From NCBI GenBank assembly GCA_040954595.2, contig CM082596.2, positions 62,001 to 126,000 of the forward strand: 64,000 bases of DNA. Direction: 5' to 3'. Position 1 is the stretch's first letter. The number at the start of each line of letters is the position of its first letter. The stretch comes from Balanoglossus misakiensis (Eukaryota > Animalia > Hemichordata). Below are positions 27,901 to 42,900 of the stretch, piece after piece. The position numbers and the translations under genes were made by a program. Below the pieces are notes generated by a model. That model was not told the DNA's origin, searched no databases, and worked only from the letters and a program-made list of their open reading frames with translations.

Positions 27901-30900
27901 AATTGTTTCCTAAACTAAAATACTTTGTTTTTATACAAAGTGACACTCAGATATAACGATGAATTTTATTTAAAAGGTGACCCAAAGCCCTGTACTGTAC
28001 AATTATGTCTTTTTCTTCAGGGGAAATATGTAAGTAGTATAGAGAAAGCATTGATTTCTCACCGCTCAATACTGTATTTTAGTGTTTGTAAAAATAAAAT
28101 GAGGATGTGCAAGGAATAAGCAAATTGTTACCCAATCCGTTTTACAGGATGAAATTTCATCAAGAATTTTAACATGGACAATCTGAAGTAAAAATGACTA
28201 CACGTTCAGATACAAAATGATGAAAAATAATTTTTAAATATTACCTTGTGAAGAAAGGAGTAGCAATCTGTTAAGAGCACCTTTCTCTTACAAGCCGAAT
28301 GACTACATTGAAATCAGTCAGTGGCAAAGACAGCTGGAATAGCACTCTGCATATTCAATGTTGTCAAGGGGTGGTCAGGTTTCTAATGAAGGGACGTTGA
28401 AAAATCGTTCCCTCGCCTCAGAGAAGTAGGTATGATGTTCACAGAGTATTAAATATAGGTTTATTTGTTATTATTATTTCAGCCAGCTCACAGAATGTCC
28501 TATCCATTTAATTATGATGTTTAAAAGAATAAAATTAAAGCAAATAATTTATTCCAGTGAAGTATTCAATAGAAACTACTTCCCCATAACTCTAAATTCG
28601 AACCAAATTCAAATGTTACACTAGACTACAATACCTACAGCATGCAGTTATTTATGAAGGAATTAGAAAACTGCATATGAGTGGCATCATAGACCCTTGA
28701 GAAACTATCGTTGGATACATACATACTGGGGATTTAAAGGAAACTCACTATATTCTCCACTTAACCAGTAATCACTACATTCAAATTCGCATACAGCACT
28801 ACCAATATGGCCGCCATATCTATCTATCTACCTCTTTCTCTCTCTCTAAACAGATTTTAAATGATGTTGGGTTAGGTTATCAAATCATAATTTTTGTTTG
28901 GTTTAATCTCTGTATTCCTAACAGCAGACAGTAAGTAAGCATTGGGTAACTATATCTCCTTATTGCAGCATGCAATATGCATAAAACATGAAGTTATATG
29001 CAAGTCTAAAGCATACATCAGAAATGGCTGTTGTAGAATATACAGTGTTACCGACTTCCACACTTGAACAAAGTAAGAAACCTTTACCACTAGATTTCAT
29101 TTACAAAAAGGCAAGAACTGTAAAAATCTCCAACTTTTCAAATGGCCGACTTCACAACTAGCAAGGAAATAAATCATAAATTATGTCTTAAAAACGTTTC
29201 TGTCTGTAGACAGGATTATACAGAGCAAACTTACATCAAAGAAGCTTCCTCCCTGTTCCACCATTAAAGAATTGGAATCCGGTTTATTCTTACAGTAGGT
29301 AACATACATATGAAATTTATCAGCCTAAAAGAAAGATAAAAAATGACATGAAAAAGACTGGTTTCCATGGTAACAACTCAATCATTAATAACGATTACCG
29401 AATGCTATCTTTCCGGATTTTTTGATGGAGTCTGTTTTATACTTTTGCCATATCACCATGACAATCTGGCTCAAAAATTGGTTTTAAGGCTAGATCCTGC
29501 TTCAGGGACTTCTTTGCAGATTGAAAAAAATAATTTTCCCCCATGTTGACATCCTCCTGTTGACATCAACACACAGCAAACTTCTGTGTCTTGTTAAACA
29601 TCTAATTTCTATACACAAACCCATAAATATTCAATAGGTGTACATACCCAAGTCACGAAACAGTGACCAACATCTTCTGGGAAAGCTTCATATTTCTCCA
29701 GTTCTCGCAGGAAAATGCTAGAAAATAATCAACAAGAAAAATTATAGTAATTCAAAAACAACCCAAAATGGTGCATTTTAATAAAACCAAAAGTTCACTG
29801 ACACACGAGGGTCACTAGGCAAATTTCTTAACAAGAAACTTTTTTTTCCGTTCAATAACTGTTGAAATTCAAAATTTCGAAATGCCTGTGAAACTCTCAG
29901 TCATATTAACACAAATTCCATCTCTGCTTCTTTACCACCTTAATTGGATTATCACTGAAGATACAGACGTCACCAGTTAAGATAAACATCTTTACAAGGG
30001 AAAGCAAACAACACAGTAACAAGTTAATTCTGAAAACAAAGCACTTGTGTTCAATGTTCCAGGGAATTCGCTTTGAATTTTAAAGCTGCTTAAATGTGAT
30101 TTGTAGTCTACCGATGTCATGGTGATGCCATGCTAGGAATTCCAATCACCTGCTTGGCATACATGTCACACAAATAAAAAGGTAATCATTATGTTAAAGG
30201 GACAAAGTCTCTCTCTCACTGCCCTTTTTTCCATTAATTATATTTGATACAAGACACCGCTTGTTATTCTACATGTGGATATATAGTGAATCAACATTCG
30301 ACCACACACAACTTCCATCCCTCTTATAGACAGGAGAGTGAAAAAACTCGCCAAAATGAATAATCGTTCTTTACCATTTATTCATTTTGGGCGAGTTTTT
30401 ACTCTCATATCATACAAGTGGGATGGAACTTTTGTGTGGTTGATCATAGATTCACTATATATCCACATTTATGTTAACATAACCAGTGTCTTGTATCAAA
30501 CATAATTAATGGAAAAGAGGCAGTTGGAGAGAGACTTTGTCCCTTTAATATTTACTACTAAAGACAGTGCAGTTTTCATTTTATTGGGCAAAATTGAGTC
30601 AGTCTTACTAACTTTTTTTTGCAAAAGCATACAAAACTTACCTATTGTGAAAGTCATAGATTTCTCCAATGTTGCCAAAAATGATTTCTTCTTTGTTGGC
30701 CAGACCAGCTGGTATTTCAAGAGATGTTTTACATTCACTTAAATAACTCTGAAACAGAATGGTGTTACTGCGTGATCATTTCTATCACAAGTATGATTGA
30801 ACACTACAGAAATATTTGTAAACTACCATCAGGTGGCAATCACAGCAAAAATAAATAGAGAGATGTGTCACAAAGATTTGAAAATAGTTCTACTTATGAT

Positions 30901-33900
30901 ATCAAAATTAAGACATACTCTCATCAACTCTCTGGTGTTGACTTTTAAAGATTTCACTTTTAGTTTATATGAATCATTTGAGAAATTTGTATTATTTGTA
31001 AAATTCAGCTGTTAAATGACAGAGATGTCTGAAAATGGATTTATACCATGAATGAAAATATCAAAAGAATAACACAAAGTGAACACTAGATGGCTCTTTT
31101 CCTTCCTCGCCATGAACTTACTGTGCACGAGTTAACAAATCAGAGTTGTTAATAATTACACAAAACACAACATAAATTTAAAGGAAATCATTCATTTTCA
31201 CAGTGTAAGGCTGGATGATACTGATAACTGTGGCCAACTTTGTTCAGAAATTAAAATTTCAATGTACTTATTATTTATTAACAAATACCTGTTGCAAGTT
31301 GTAGAGCTCTGTTAATTTTTCCTGTTTGAATTTTTTTCCAAATTAAGAGATGATACAGGTTGAAATGATATCAGGTCCTTTTTGGTAACTCGTAAGCTTC
31401 ATCAACTTTCTCTCATTTTATTTCTATCAATCTTTGTCATGCAGCATTATCCACACTTACACTATGTCAGCATTGTTAGTTTGGTAACTTTCAACATATG
31501 GGTACTTGCAATGAATGGGATTGCTCTGAAATGGAGAGATCTGATTGGCTGATGAGATAAATGGTAAGTTCTAAAAGTAGTGCTGTAAAATTGATGTTGA
31601 CTTCTATTTGGTTAGTGACGATGTCATATTGATGATGAGTTCTGATTGGTTGATAATATCAAATCTGATCTAGTGCTGTATGATGCTAAAACAATGCAGC
31701 ATGCATGAGCACAAACTATTGATTTTCTGTTAATCTTTGCAGGTTTGATCAGAGCATGCAGTTAGAATGAAGTCTATATTCTGATTGTCCATTGCATAGC
31801 CAAATAATTAAAGCAAAACAAAGAATAAATTAACACACACAATCATCTACAAGTACCTGTATCTTGAAGCTCCAAAGTGGTCAAAATTTGTCAGAATGAA
31901 TAAATAAAAGTCTCTCATTACCTTTACCTTAATGCAACATTCTAAATCTCTGACATACGCCCTTTCAGTCTGCAGTAACTCTGCCATGATAAATTCACGT
32001 TTCCTGGCTGACTTCCTTTTTTCTTCATTGAGTTCCTTTGCAGCATCCCGTAGTTTGATTTCAATGCTTGGATCAGGAGATTTGTTGTCTAAAGCCAAGT
32101 CTTTGCCTTCTTCCTCCTGAAATAGTTTGTTAAGCTTCTTGTAAGTTGACCAACAATAAGAATGGTTGGCATTGCAAATAAAAATGTCATGTTGCTTATG
32201 TCATGTTGGTGGGAAATTACCCTCTAGTCAGGGCCCTCTTTCTACATAAGAATTTGCCTACCTCATTTGTGACTCCCAATGCCGTCTCTAAATTGGCTCG
32301 GTACTTGTCCATACGAAGTGAGAAATCTTTGTAGCGTTGGTCGACAGTATCTACCCATGATTTGATACTGTTAGCATGAGAATGACCTTTCTCCACAAGA
32401 CTGTCAGCTAGCTGAATCAGCAGTTTAACTTTCTCTCGTGTTTCCTACAAGGAAATTAGAAATGGTTAGAACTTTGTCCTTCAGTAAGACTGTTATCTTG
32501 TAAATGATCATGTGCATTATTATCCCTTGCAATTGCATATACTGACCATCACTGGCAGTATAAATCACAGAAACTGAGAATAATGCTACCTTTTCTACAT
32601 CGATTTACAGCAATCAGAAATGTGACCCACTTGCTAGGAAGTGCACTGACTGAGATTTTAGATATCTTGCACATGTGAGAATCATCCAACAACTCAAGGA
32701 CATACAACCAATGTCATGTGATCTCTTTTCAACTCCACACTTGATTGCATCATGTAACACCATGGCAGTGAACAAATGAACTCAAAATTAAAGTCCCCAA
32801 GAGGAAAATCTCCGAAAATTGAAAAAGGGTTCAGCATGCAGCTTTTAGGATTAGAACACAAAAATTGCTGCATTTCTTAGCATTTGAAAATGTATATATT
32901 ACAGAAAAATAATTATACAATCAACTCAAAATATCATGCAGCATAGCAAGATTAGCAACACTGTTAGGTCAATATTAGGCAAGTAAAAAACAGCTGACAG
33001 AATCATTATAATACACATGTATCTGACAGCCATCATTGTAATCCTAAAATTTAAAGGATTTCAAGAATCCCACTCATTTCCTGCTCAATGCCTTATTACT
33101 TCACAAGCCAGGAAATAACCTTATTTTAGCTTTCTGTTGCTTGTTTTTAGTGTTATAATGTTCTCACTCCACATCCGACATCCTGCTTGAAGCCACCTGC
33201 TCATGGTCTGGGTTTTTTTAATACAATAACACTCTAACTCTCACCCTTCAAACATGGTCCTGACCACCAACAAAATCCATTTGAGGATCAAATTCAAAAT
33301 GTAGATGTATCTGTTACATGTCACACTGACATTGTCTGTCTGCAATCATTGGCTTTCCTTTCAGTAACGCATTGGTGGCTAAATGTCCACTGATTTATTT
33401 CATCTCACCTTTGCTGTTCCTTTGAATTCATTGTGCTCCTTGAGGAGGGATTCAGTTTCTTCAAGATTTTCACCAACATTGGTGTGGGTAGACAAGTAAA
33501 ATTCCCCTGTGTCATAGATCCAGTCTAATGCCTGCAATCCAAAATTAAAAAAATATGTCAGAATTGTGTGTTTAGATGTTACATCGATATCACTCTGTGT
33601 TAAACAAGTCACTGTCAATGACATCGTCCCCGCTAGATAAACATTCCACAAGCATTGGAGGAAATCATTGTGGAATGAACCCAGTCAAGACATCATGTCT
33701 GCAAAATGGCATTGAATTATATTAACCTAGTGGTACATGTATATGCAGCATATCACAAAACAATCAGCAGCCACATTTAATCATCTTGCAACAGGATTTC
33801 CTGTGCAACATAGTACAGTGCACATTGGCCTTGTAACAAGTAGAAAAAAAACAATTCACAGATGATGATGATGACGGTGGTGGTGGTGGTGGTGGTGGTG

Positions 33901-36900
33901 GAAGTGACAATGATGATGATGACGATGACGACTGTGGGGGTGGTGATGGCGATGACAGTGACAGCAGCAGTTGCCATAGTGGCAATGGTAGAATTGATGA
34001 TGATGTAATGATGGCAACAAAGCTATGGAATATAATAAAAATCTTGCTATACCTGCCGTGCACTCTTCTCAAACAAGACATACTGTTGACATTGATCCAG
34101 TTTCTTCTTCTTGATTGTCCAGTGTTCAAGGACAGAGTTCTCAAGATTCAATAACTTCTCCAGAATAACTGTTGAAGTAATATAAAAACTTACTGTTACC
34201 TAATGATATTAATCAAACTGACCTGAGTATCAGATGATATGTTGCATGATGCAACAACTAATCACAACTTTGCAACTGCCAAGGAATTCACAGGCTCTAT
34301 CAGTGGTCACCATAGCTTTTTTTTGTTAAGGATAGTTAACTACATACGTCAGAAAATCTTAAATTGACTCTGCAAAACAACTACTATGCCCAGTACAATG
34401 TGTACTTGTCTTCAACTAAAATCCTGAAATTTTTCAAAATGATATTTTAAAAAAATCATTACCTTTGACAGTTGACTCCGGTCCTCTACTTCCCCTGTTT
34501 ACTAAAATACCCGGCTGGTTGTAATTACTTCTGTTGACATATTTCAAGAAAACTTCAGCATTTCGTCTGGCAAGAGTACAAGCTTTCAAAAATGCCTCCT
34601 TTTGCTCCAGGTGTTTGTTGATCATCTGAGTGATTGTCTGTTCACTAGTTGGTCCCTTCTCTCCTCCGCCACACCAGTCTTCATCTCTCTGATATTCTCT
34701 TTCCAAGCTTTCAAGTACTGAGCAAACCTGCACACGTAAGAGAAATTGGCAAAAGAACTTTAGATTGGTATATTATTGGAAAACAATTATAATGGAGTCA
34801 ATACATTATGAGAGTAACTGGGTATCTTTATATATGCAGGTACATATATTAGTTGTATTTCAGTTTTGAGCTGAGAATTCCACATAGTGACATGTAGTCT
34901 TACCTGTTCTGATGTCTTGTAGAAATTGACTGCAGCCGTCACAAGTTTGTGTCTGTCTTCAGCTCTCATTATCAACTGCTGCCATCTATGCTCTATATTA
35001 TCAGAGCAAAGTCTAATGGTTTCTGGATCATAGTGATTGCTTGCTATTAATGCATCTGCTTTCTGTTGAAGGTGGATGGCACTCACATGTGTTTTCTAAG
35101 AACAAAAAACAGCACCAATAGCAATATAGCTATTAATAGGGAATCATTATAAAACTAGGCAAAAAACAAAATACAGTCAAAGCATGAGAATACAACAGAA
35201 TAATTGCCAGCATCATTCAATGTAAACCAACTAAATCCTAGCTATATGGAAATGGGAAAATTTTGAAATCCACAAACTCTTGGATCTATAGAATGAGCTC
35301 TAAGTACAGTTTTGTAGCAAAACCTATTGCCAATGCACAAATGTCCTCTATTGGGTATTATATTGCTACTTTAATCGATAATGGGATTTGAAAATTAAGT
35401 AAAGTGGACTTTCACTCTAGTTTCATGATTTATAGACAAACATGTAATAAATGAGGACTTGAAAAAGGTCAAGATTGGTCTTCTTTACACTTGTGGAGAA
35501 TGTAGACACTTAACATGTAGCATCCATGACCTTGTCAGCCCCACATGACAACATTACAAGAATTGAATATGGGCAAACACTTTTTAACTACTGGTACAAT
35601 TCTTTACAGCAAGACCAACCCCTGTCATTAAAACAATATGGTTAGACCATTGTGCAGGGATGGTGTAGTTTTTTAGAGGGGCGTTCTCACCTCAATGGCT
35701 AATTTGAACTGTTCATTTTCTCTCTGTAACTCCTCAGCTTCTGACAATGCAGTAGGTACAATGACAGTGGCTGACAACATGGCTTCTCCATTACGAATCC
35801 AGCCAAGAACCTGTGACAATCAAATAACAAACCGTAAGTGAATTTATCTTTGAGTTTGACACAGTAATTTTCAGTGTTTCAACATTTTATCAATCTAACA
35901 TTAAAGTATTGTATTGTTCTGTACTCTATCGCACTCATAAAAACACTGCAACTACAAAGATGGAAGGAATAATCGACTCACTTGTTTAGCATCAGCTTCA
36001 AAGTGCCTGAGCTGAACACATTGTTCATATTTCACTCGTCTCAGTTCCGCCACATCTTCTAAGTCAAGATGTTTTTCATGTAGAAACTCCAGTAGTACCT
36101 GGACTCTAGTTTGAGCATCATATTGACTATCTGCCATGATCTGTACACCTGTATTCTCTAACATCTGATACAGTTCCTGGCCCTACAGAGACAACAGTTT
36201 ACATTTCAGTGGATGTCCAAGAAGTTCCCTGCTTTGCCCTTTTTTTCCATATTAAGACGATACCCAAGGAGTCAAAATGCTAAGCAACAATTTCTATTAT
36301 TTTTAGCAGCCATGATAAAGAAAACTTGACTTTACTTATTACACTGTGAAAGCTGAGAACACACCTAAACATATAAGCCACTATATTCATACACTTTTAC
36401 TTTTGACAGTCTCCATATTACAAATGTCTTCATCATATGACAATCTGAACCTTATATATTACAATATTTTACTTTCATTACATTAATTAATTAATTAATT
36501 AATTAATTAATGAACTAAACTTACTCGTTGCAACAGTTCAAATGTCTGGTTCTGTATGTGTGTGACATTTTCAATGTGCATTTGCAGGAAATAGTCGGCT
36601 TCAGCGATATCTTGTCCTAACTCAGTATTCTGCATATCTGTGGTCCATACTTCCAGTCGATTGGACAGCTGCCATGGAGTAAACAGGAGGAAATATATAA
36701 CTTTATTATTGATGATTTCCTTTGTAAAAACAATCTGTGAACAGGTGCACAACAGGTTGTAAGATATAAGATTACAGGTGTACAGTGTAATGTTTTTTTG
36801 TGAAACTTTAATTTGAGGTTGCATCAATAACTCAATGCATAATAAATCCTACCTCAAGAGCCTCCCTTTCAAATTGTCTTAGTTGTAAACATAATTCAAG

Positions 36901-39900
36901 TTTTAATTTTCTGGATGCCCAAAGTTCATCTAACTGTCTTCTGTTTTCCTCTAAATTGTGAATTATGCCATCAATGTGCCCATAGGCAGTATGATGCTGA
37001 TTACCAGTTTCCATAGCAACATGCCTGAAAACAAACAAAAATGTGTGACAACAAGCTCCTTAAATCAAAATTGTCCATCATCAATGTTAGAATACTTCAA
37101 AGCTGTAATGTCTCCAGACATTTTCATTTTGGTGCATTGATCTTTAGGTTGAAAAATCTTTTCTCCTTACCGTAGTGCATCAATTAATGTTTGTCCTTCA
37201 CTGATTGTATTATCAGAAGCATCAACAGTGATCTGTTTCTGATGTTCAAATCGTCCAAGAAGTTCCTCACTTCCTTCAAGAGTATCTGACAACTCTTCAG
37301 AACGCAAGTTTTCTTTAAGTTCTCCAAACCACAGGTTAAGCTGCAGGGATGTGGTATATTTACAATGTTATCAATGGTTAATGTGCAATTGAAAGATTTT
37401 CTTAACACTTTGAACACTGTTCAGGCAACAAGGGGTCAGAGTGAGGTTATCAAGGGTCAGGATTTAAAGCAATAATGCTTGATACGGGAAAGTTCAATTT
37501 AACAAGAGCACTTGGGATACAGACACAAAAAACTCATCCATAAAACCCACCTTAACAGCACTACAAATTTATTCGGTGGAAACTCACAAACCATTTTTAT
37601 CTCTTAGTCGTGAAAATTAGCATGAAATCATTCCCTCTCCAGCCAATCACACAGAACAGGAAAAATCTTTCAAATAATGAGATATCATGGGAGTGTTGAT
37701 TCTTAAAATAGGCTGTAACCAATGGCTTTATCTGCATTTGGCTAGATCCCTGAAGGGTTGCCCAGAACATTAAAACTGATCTCAAGGTCTCCATGATGTT
37801 AAAATTGAATAATGGGAAACCCATTAAATTATTTTGTTTTCAATTCATACGGAATAATTCCATATTCATCAACCATGGGGATGAAACACTCACCTCTTTT
37901 GCATGTGTATGGAAGGACACTGACATATCAAGGAGTTGCCTCCTCCTATCTACCCTCTCCACAAAATCATGGATGCGATCTTCCAGAACACGTGCAACTT
38001 GGTAGATTTCCTGTGGGTCGCATTCACCACTCTGAGCTAACTTCTCAGCTGCTTCCAGTAATTTATTAGCATTAGTGTATGTATTCTGTAAGATAAAGAC
38101 AAGAATGTACATGAACACATCAAGAATGGAAAAAATGGCATCTTTTAACACTGATTCTTCTAATTTTATTCTCATTTTATCTAATGTCTTACTGAATTAT
38201 GAAGACATACCCAGTCATGCCATGCTTCACTCCCTACCAATCTCTGATAAATCATCCATCAATAAGGTACAGTTCAACAGTATTGTTTTGTAGAGGTTTA
38301 ACTGGACCCACATTCCATTGTCATGGAGGTAAAACAGTTCTATTGTACAGTGTGCATTATTTTAACAAGCCCATACAAAGTGACATAAGAGCTAGTGTAA
38401 ATTGTTCATCGGTGTGTGAAACAATTATGTCAGTAAATGAGTGTGCAATGCTTAAAATGCCCTGGGCTACGCGACAAGACATTGTATTAGAAACAGAAGT
38501 GCAACAACTACCATGACATAAGATTTGAGATAAAATGCACCCTGGAATACCAGCCAATAGGAATGCATACATCCTACAAATTACATTGAAAATCAAAACA
38601 GTTACCAACACATCACTATTTTCATCTCTGATCTACCATGCATCGTGAAATTTCATTCACAGAATATTAAATCACACATTTGATCAATTCAATCATTCAC
38701 AATGGCCTTCTGATTGAAATTAAAATTTCACAACATTGACAAGGATATCATTGAAGATGATCAGATCACACTGAGGCAACACAACCCTTGTAACAAAACA
38801 CAACACTCCACTCAGTTCCCTTCTAATAAATATTACACATGGGGGCATATCTTGATCTTGACTCTGCAGAAGTTTCTAAAGTGTCAACACATTGCATTAC
38901 CTATACATATGTCATACAGTTCATTATGTATCACCACCATTGATTTCATCAGACTATATTACCAAATTAGAGAGTGGTGCTTTAATATTTCTATGCATTC
39001 TAGTCATATAGCCTAAAATCAAGTGGTTTTAAAGTCTCAGCGAAATTACTTCAAATCAAGCTCTAACGACTAATTACCATGCTGGTGTTGTTGAAGTTAA
39101 TATTACACATTTTTTTGGGCTGAAAAGTGACTTTTACTACTGTCTAACAGGATAAGGTCAGTACACCACATAAGAGTTGTCACTCATGAAAAATATTTAT
39201 ATGAGGTTGACAGTTTTCTCCCCACAGCTATTTAAAAGATGTTTTTTTAAGTTTTTCCAATTGTATTTAACAGAAATACTTGAAACTACTTGCCAAGATG
39301 CATTTGTGTGCATTGTGATGCTAACAACGTGTTCAGATGATGTGTAATACAGAGATAGTCATTTTTCATAGCTGTCAAACATTACCTTCGTACATGTCAA
39401 ATTATGCCAATAACTATTATCTCATGCATTTTGATGCAAAGTTCAACTGTTTTGAAGATGTAACTTTCATTAAAATCAACTACATCTGAATTTTTATGAT
39501 GAGAGAGAGAACTACCATGAAATGCGAACATACCTGAATCCTGCAGAGTGAGTTTTTATCAGCAGAGACGTTGCTACAGATATCTCCTTTTGTTCAATTT
39601 CAGAGAACGAACACTAACACACTAGCAGACATCGAGACCCAACAAAAGGACACATGCTTGCACAATGGACATAAATTATGCAAATCTCTCATGAATATGA
39701 TTTCAAATACAACGACAGACTGCACTTGCTTTGTGTCTATGATGTTTTATGTGTTTCTCAAACACATATTGCGTTGATCTCCAAAGAATAGATCCATTAA
39801 ATCCATTGTTGCGAAATGTAGCAGAATTTTACAATTGTCAAAAACAACAAAGTGACACAATATTTTAATTATTAATCTCTTTCTTAAAAACTAATTTTTC

Positions 39901-42900
39901 ATGTTTTATGTTTTCAGTTTCTAGGAAAACTCAATCTGCTGAAAAGGACTGAGACTAAAGCCATTAATAGGTTTATCATATTATACATTTTGACATGTTC
40001 ACTCCAAAATGTTGCATTGCGCATGTCAATGTGTGCCTTGATGAATGTGATCAATTATATTTGAAGCACTATTCACAATGCCCATTTTAGTTTCTAGCCT
40101 TTTTCATCTCCTATGATCTAACCCAAATTATATTATACCAGTATATTGATGGTGTAAATCACGCTATTTGATTGGTCGAGACACGACACGTGACCGTGAT
40201 ATATTAGCCATATACCACAGTCATATATCATGGTCAAAGAAAATGCCTTTTTAAAATGTTTTATGCAAAGTTTCAATATACTGGCATAATATAATAGCAA
40301 TAAAACACCCCCAGCCATGGTATACCACTCGATTTTGACCAGTTCAACTCCATATACGCACTCGCTATCGCTCGTGCGTATATGTCGTGAACTGGTCAAA
40401 ATCTCGTGGTATACCATGGCTGGGGGTGTTTTATTGCTTAATTAACCAACATCGATTTAAACTACAGTATAATGATCTTTCCCATTTCAACTTGACATCA
40501 TGATGTTTGACAAATGTGTCATAATCAAAAAGCTTTTGTTTTATGGCCAAGATTAGCCACATCCACCAGTGAGTTTAATACCTCTGGTCATTGGATCCAA
40601 TATTTTATAGGGTAACCATATGTACAAATCGCCCCACCTTCCACCCCGGTAAAAGATTTATGGCATCATTTTGCTTGGGGGGAGACATCACTCCCTCTGC
40701 ATTTGGGGAGAATCTGTCCTACAAGCTGTCATTCTGGCGTAAAGACAGAAATGTAATGGAATCCCTTTATGTCTATTCTAAATCATTTCTCAAAGATAAT
40801 TTTATTGCATGGATTAACAAATACCTTACAACTATGATAATGAGTGATAACACCATAGCCATGCATTTTGCAACACTAAGTTTTCTTTGTTTAGAATATT
40901 GTGGCATTATACTCAATGGAGGAAATGATGAGAGCTGTGTGATTGTACTTGATGTACATTAGCAGATGGGAAACCCTTTTGTAATAAAATAACATGGTCA
41001 TGCATGGGAGACTCAGACGGTATCTGGATCCCTTAACTCCATGATCATTCTACAACTTAAGGTTAACAGCACTAAACATGACATCTCTGACAAAAACATG
41101 AAATCGGAAAAATAGCTGTCACTTATGTACAAGACTTCACACGATCTTTGAATCTCAAATTACTTCATTTTATGTATGATTTTTCTATTGATGTTTATTT
41201 CACTCTCTCCCATTTTTCAGCTTGTCAAAATGATCACACAGAGAAACATTTTTAGAAACCAATGGGTCACATATCAATCTCATCAAAATTCATTCCAGAT
41301 AGCTATAATTCGTATTAGCGGCCAATTTGTGTTTTATGTTAAGTTAATTACTTTTCCAGCAAGTATTGGCATTATTGATTTATTTTCTTCTTTTTGGAAC
41401 CCAATATGTCCAGTAACTTTTCTTCCTCAATTTCTTGTAAAAAATTCGAGAAAGGGACATTTTTCCACTGACTCTGAAGTGAAATTTAGATGAGATATAT
41501 GTAATTGGATAGTCTTGATATTCAGAGATGGCTAATAAAAGAACATCATCTTTCATATTAAAATTATTGCTCTTGTTCATATCTGAGACAAATTCTCATT
41601 GTTGTTATCTGTCATACTTGAAAATGAGTCTTTAGATTTACAAGATCTGTATCAGGTGACAACAAACACTTTTCTTTCCCACAGTCATCAATTTTTCCCC
41701 CTCAAAGCTGTCACTACTGACCAGCATTACAAAGGTGTATAGATTCTACACCATCAGCCATGCGTTGTCTTTGCTGATGTAGTTCTGTACCACAGATTTG
41801 TGTCTGGGCCTTAACTGGGACAAAATTATGTTGGGCGCTTATGCCATTAATAAAATTGAAATAGCATAGAATGTTTCCACAAAAGTCCTAGTTTGTAGTG
41901 CAGAGCAAGTAAGGAATCATTTGGTGTTTAAGTCATTCATTTCAACAAGAATGAAGACAAAGACTGTTCTCCCAATTCAGGAAGAATTACACAAAGAGAG
42001 TTTTGCCACCCAGTCTGGTGATATAAAGGGAACAGTGTGATAGCTTGCATGGAAAGTAGGCACCAGTGAAATCAAACCATCCTGATGACAAAAAGCAGAG
42101 TCCAGGCTGCATTATTCAACAAAGAGACCAGGAATGAGCAAATGCATTAGTCTGACAATGACATGGGGTGATGGAACACCCAGGGTATAATACTAGTAGT
42201 CATGGAAACAACCCCTGAAAATGATAAATCCTCTAGCAATCAGAGCCACCTTTTGATATGCAAATAGAAGAATGGAAAAGTAATTATGTGAGCAAGAAAT
42301 TCGTAATAGACATGGACAGACATGGATAATGAAATTAGACTGACCCACTTCTGTTTGCCATTGTCTCTAGTGAAACACTTGACAATGTGCAATAAGAAAC
42401 CAGGTTAATGTACAGTTCTGAAATTGGTGGGTTGAAAATTGTGATGGTCTGTCAATCACACATATGCATTCAGAATCTCACATCATTCACTAGAATCCAG
42501 TGTTGTGGATACAGTGTGTTTATGACAGTCTGAAATGTCTGCCTGTCCCAGCACCTGTACGTACAAGGCACTGCTATGAACAAACAACTCTGAGAAGGTT
42601 GAATATTTTATTGCTTTTTTACACTAATCATCAAAATTAATGGCTTGCAAGCAAAATGACATTGGTCATGATATATTATCTATCTGTATCTCTATTTCAC
42701 AGGCCACTTGTTTACATTGTCATTCCAAATGCATTAAAAAGGCAGCTTAATTTCCTCTGTTGACTCCTAAAGTTACCTGCCAAATAATACTGAAACACTG
42801 GTGAGGTCACACATAGTATTGGTCAATTGAGAAGGTGTTAACTGGGACTAAGGTTCATGTCCAGACATACACCCCACCACCACCACCACCACCACCACCA

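Noticed and set aside
31541-31665. Repeated tgattggc/tgattggt (CCAAT-like) motifs
   Set aside because: Degenerate low-complexity repeat; no other promoter evidence
33764-34144. Pro/Ser-rich 126-aa ORF
   Set aside because: Wrong frame of a true exon running into a microsatellite
40591-41580. ORFs of 123, 105 and 66 aa
   Set aside because: No recognisable domain; consistent with chance in intron
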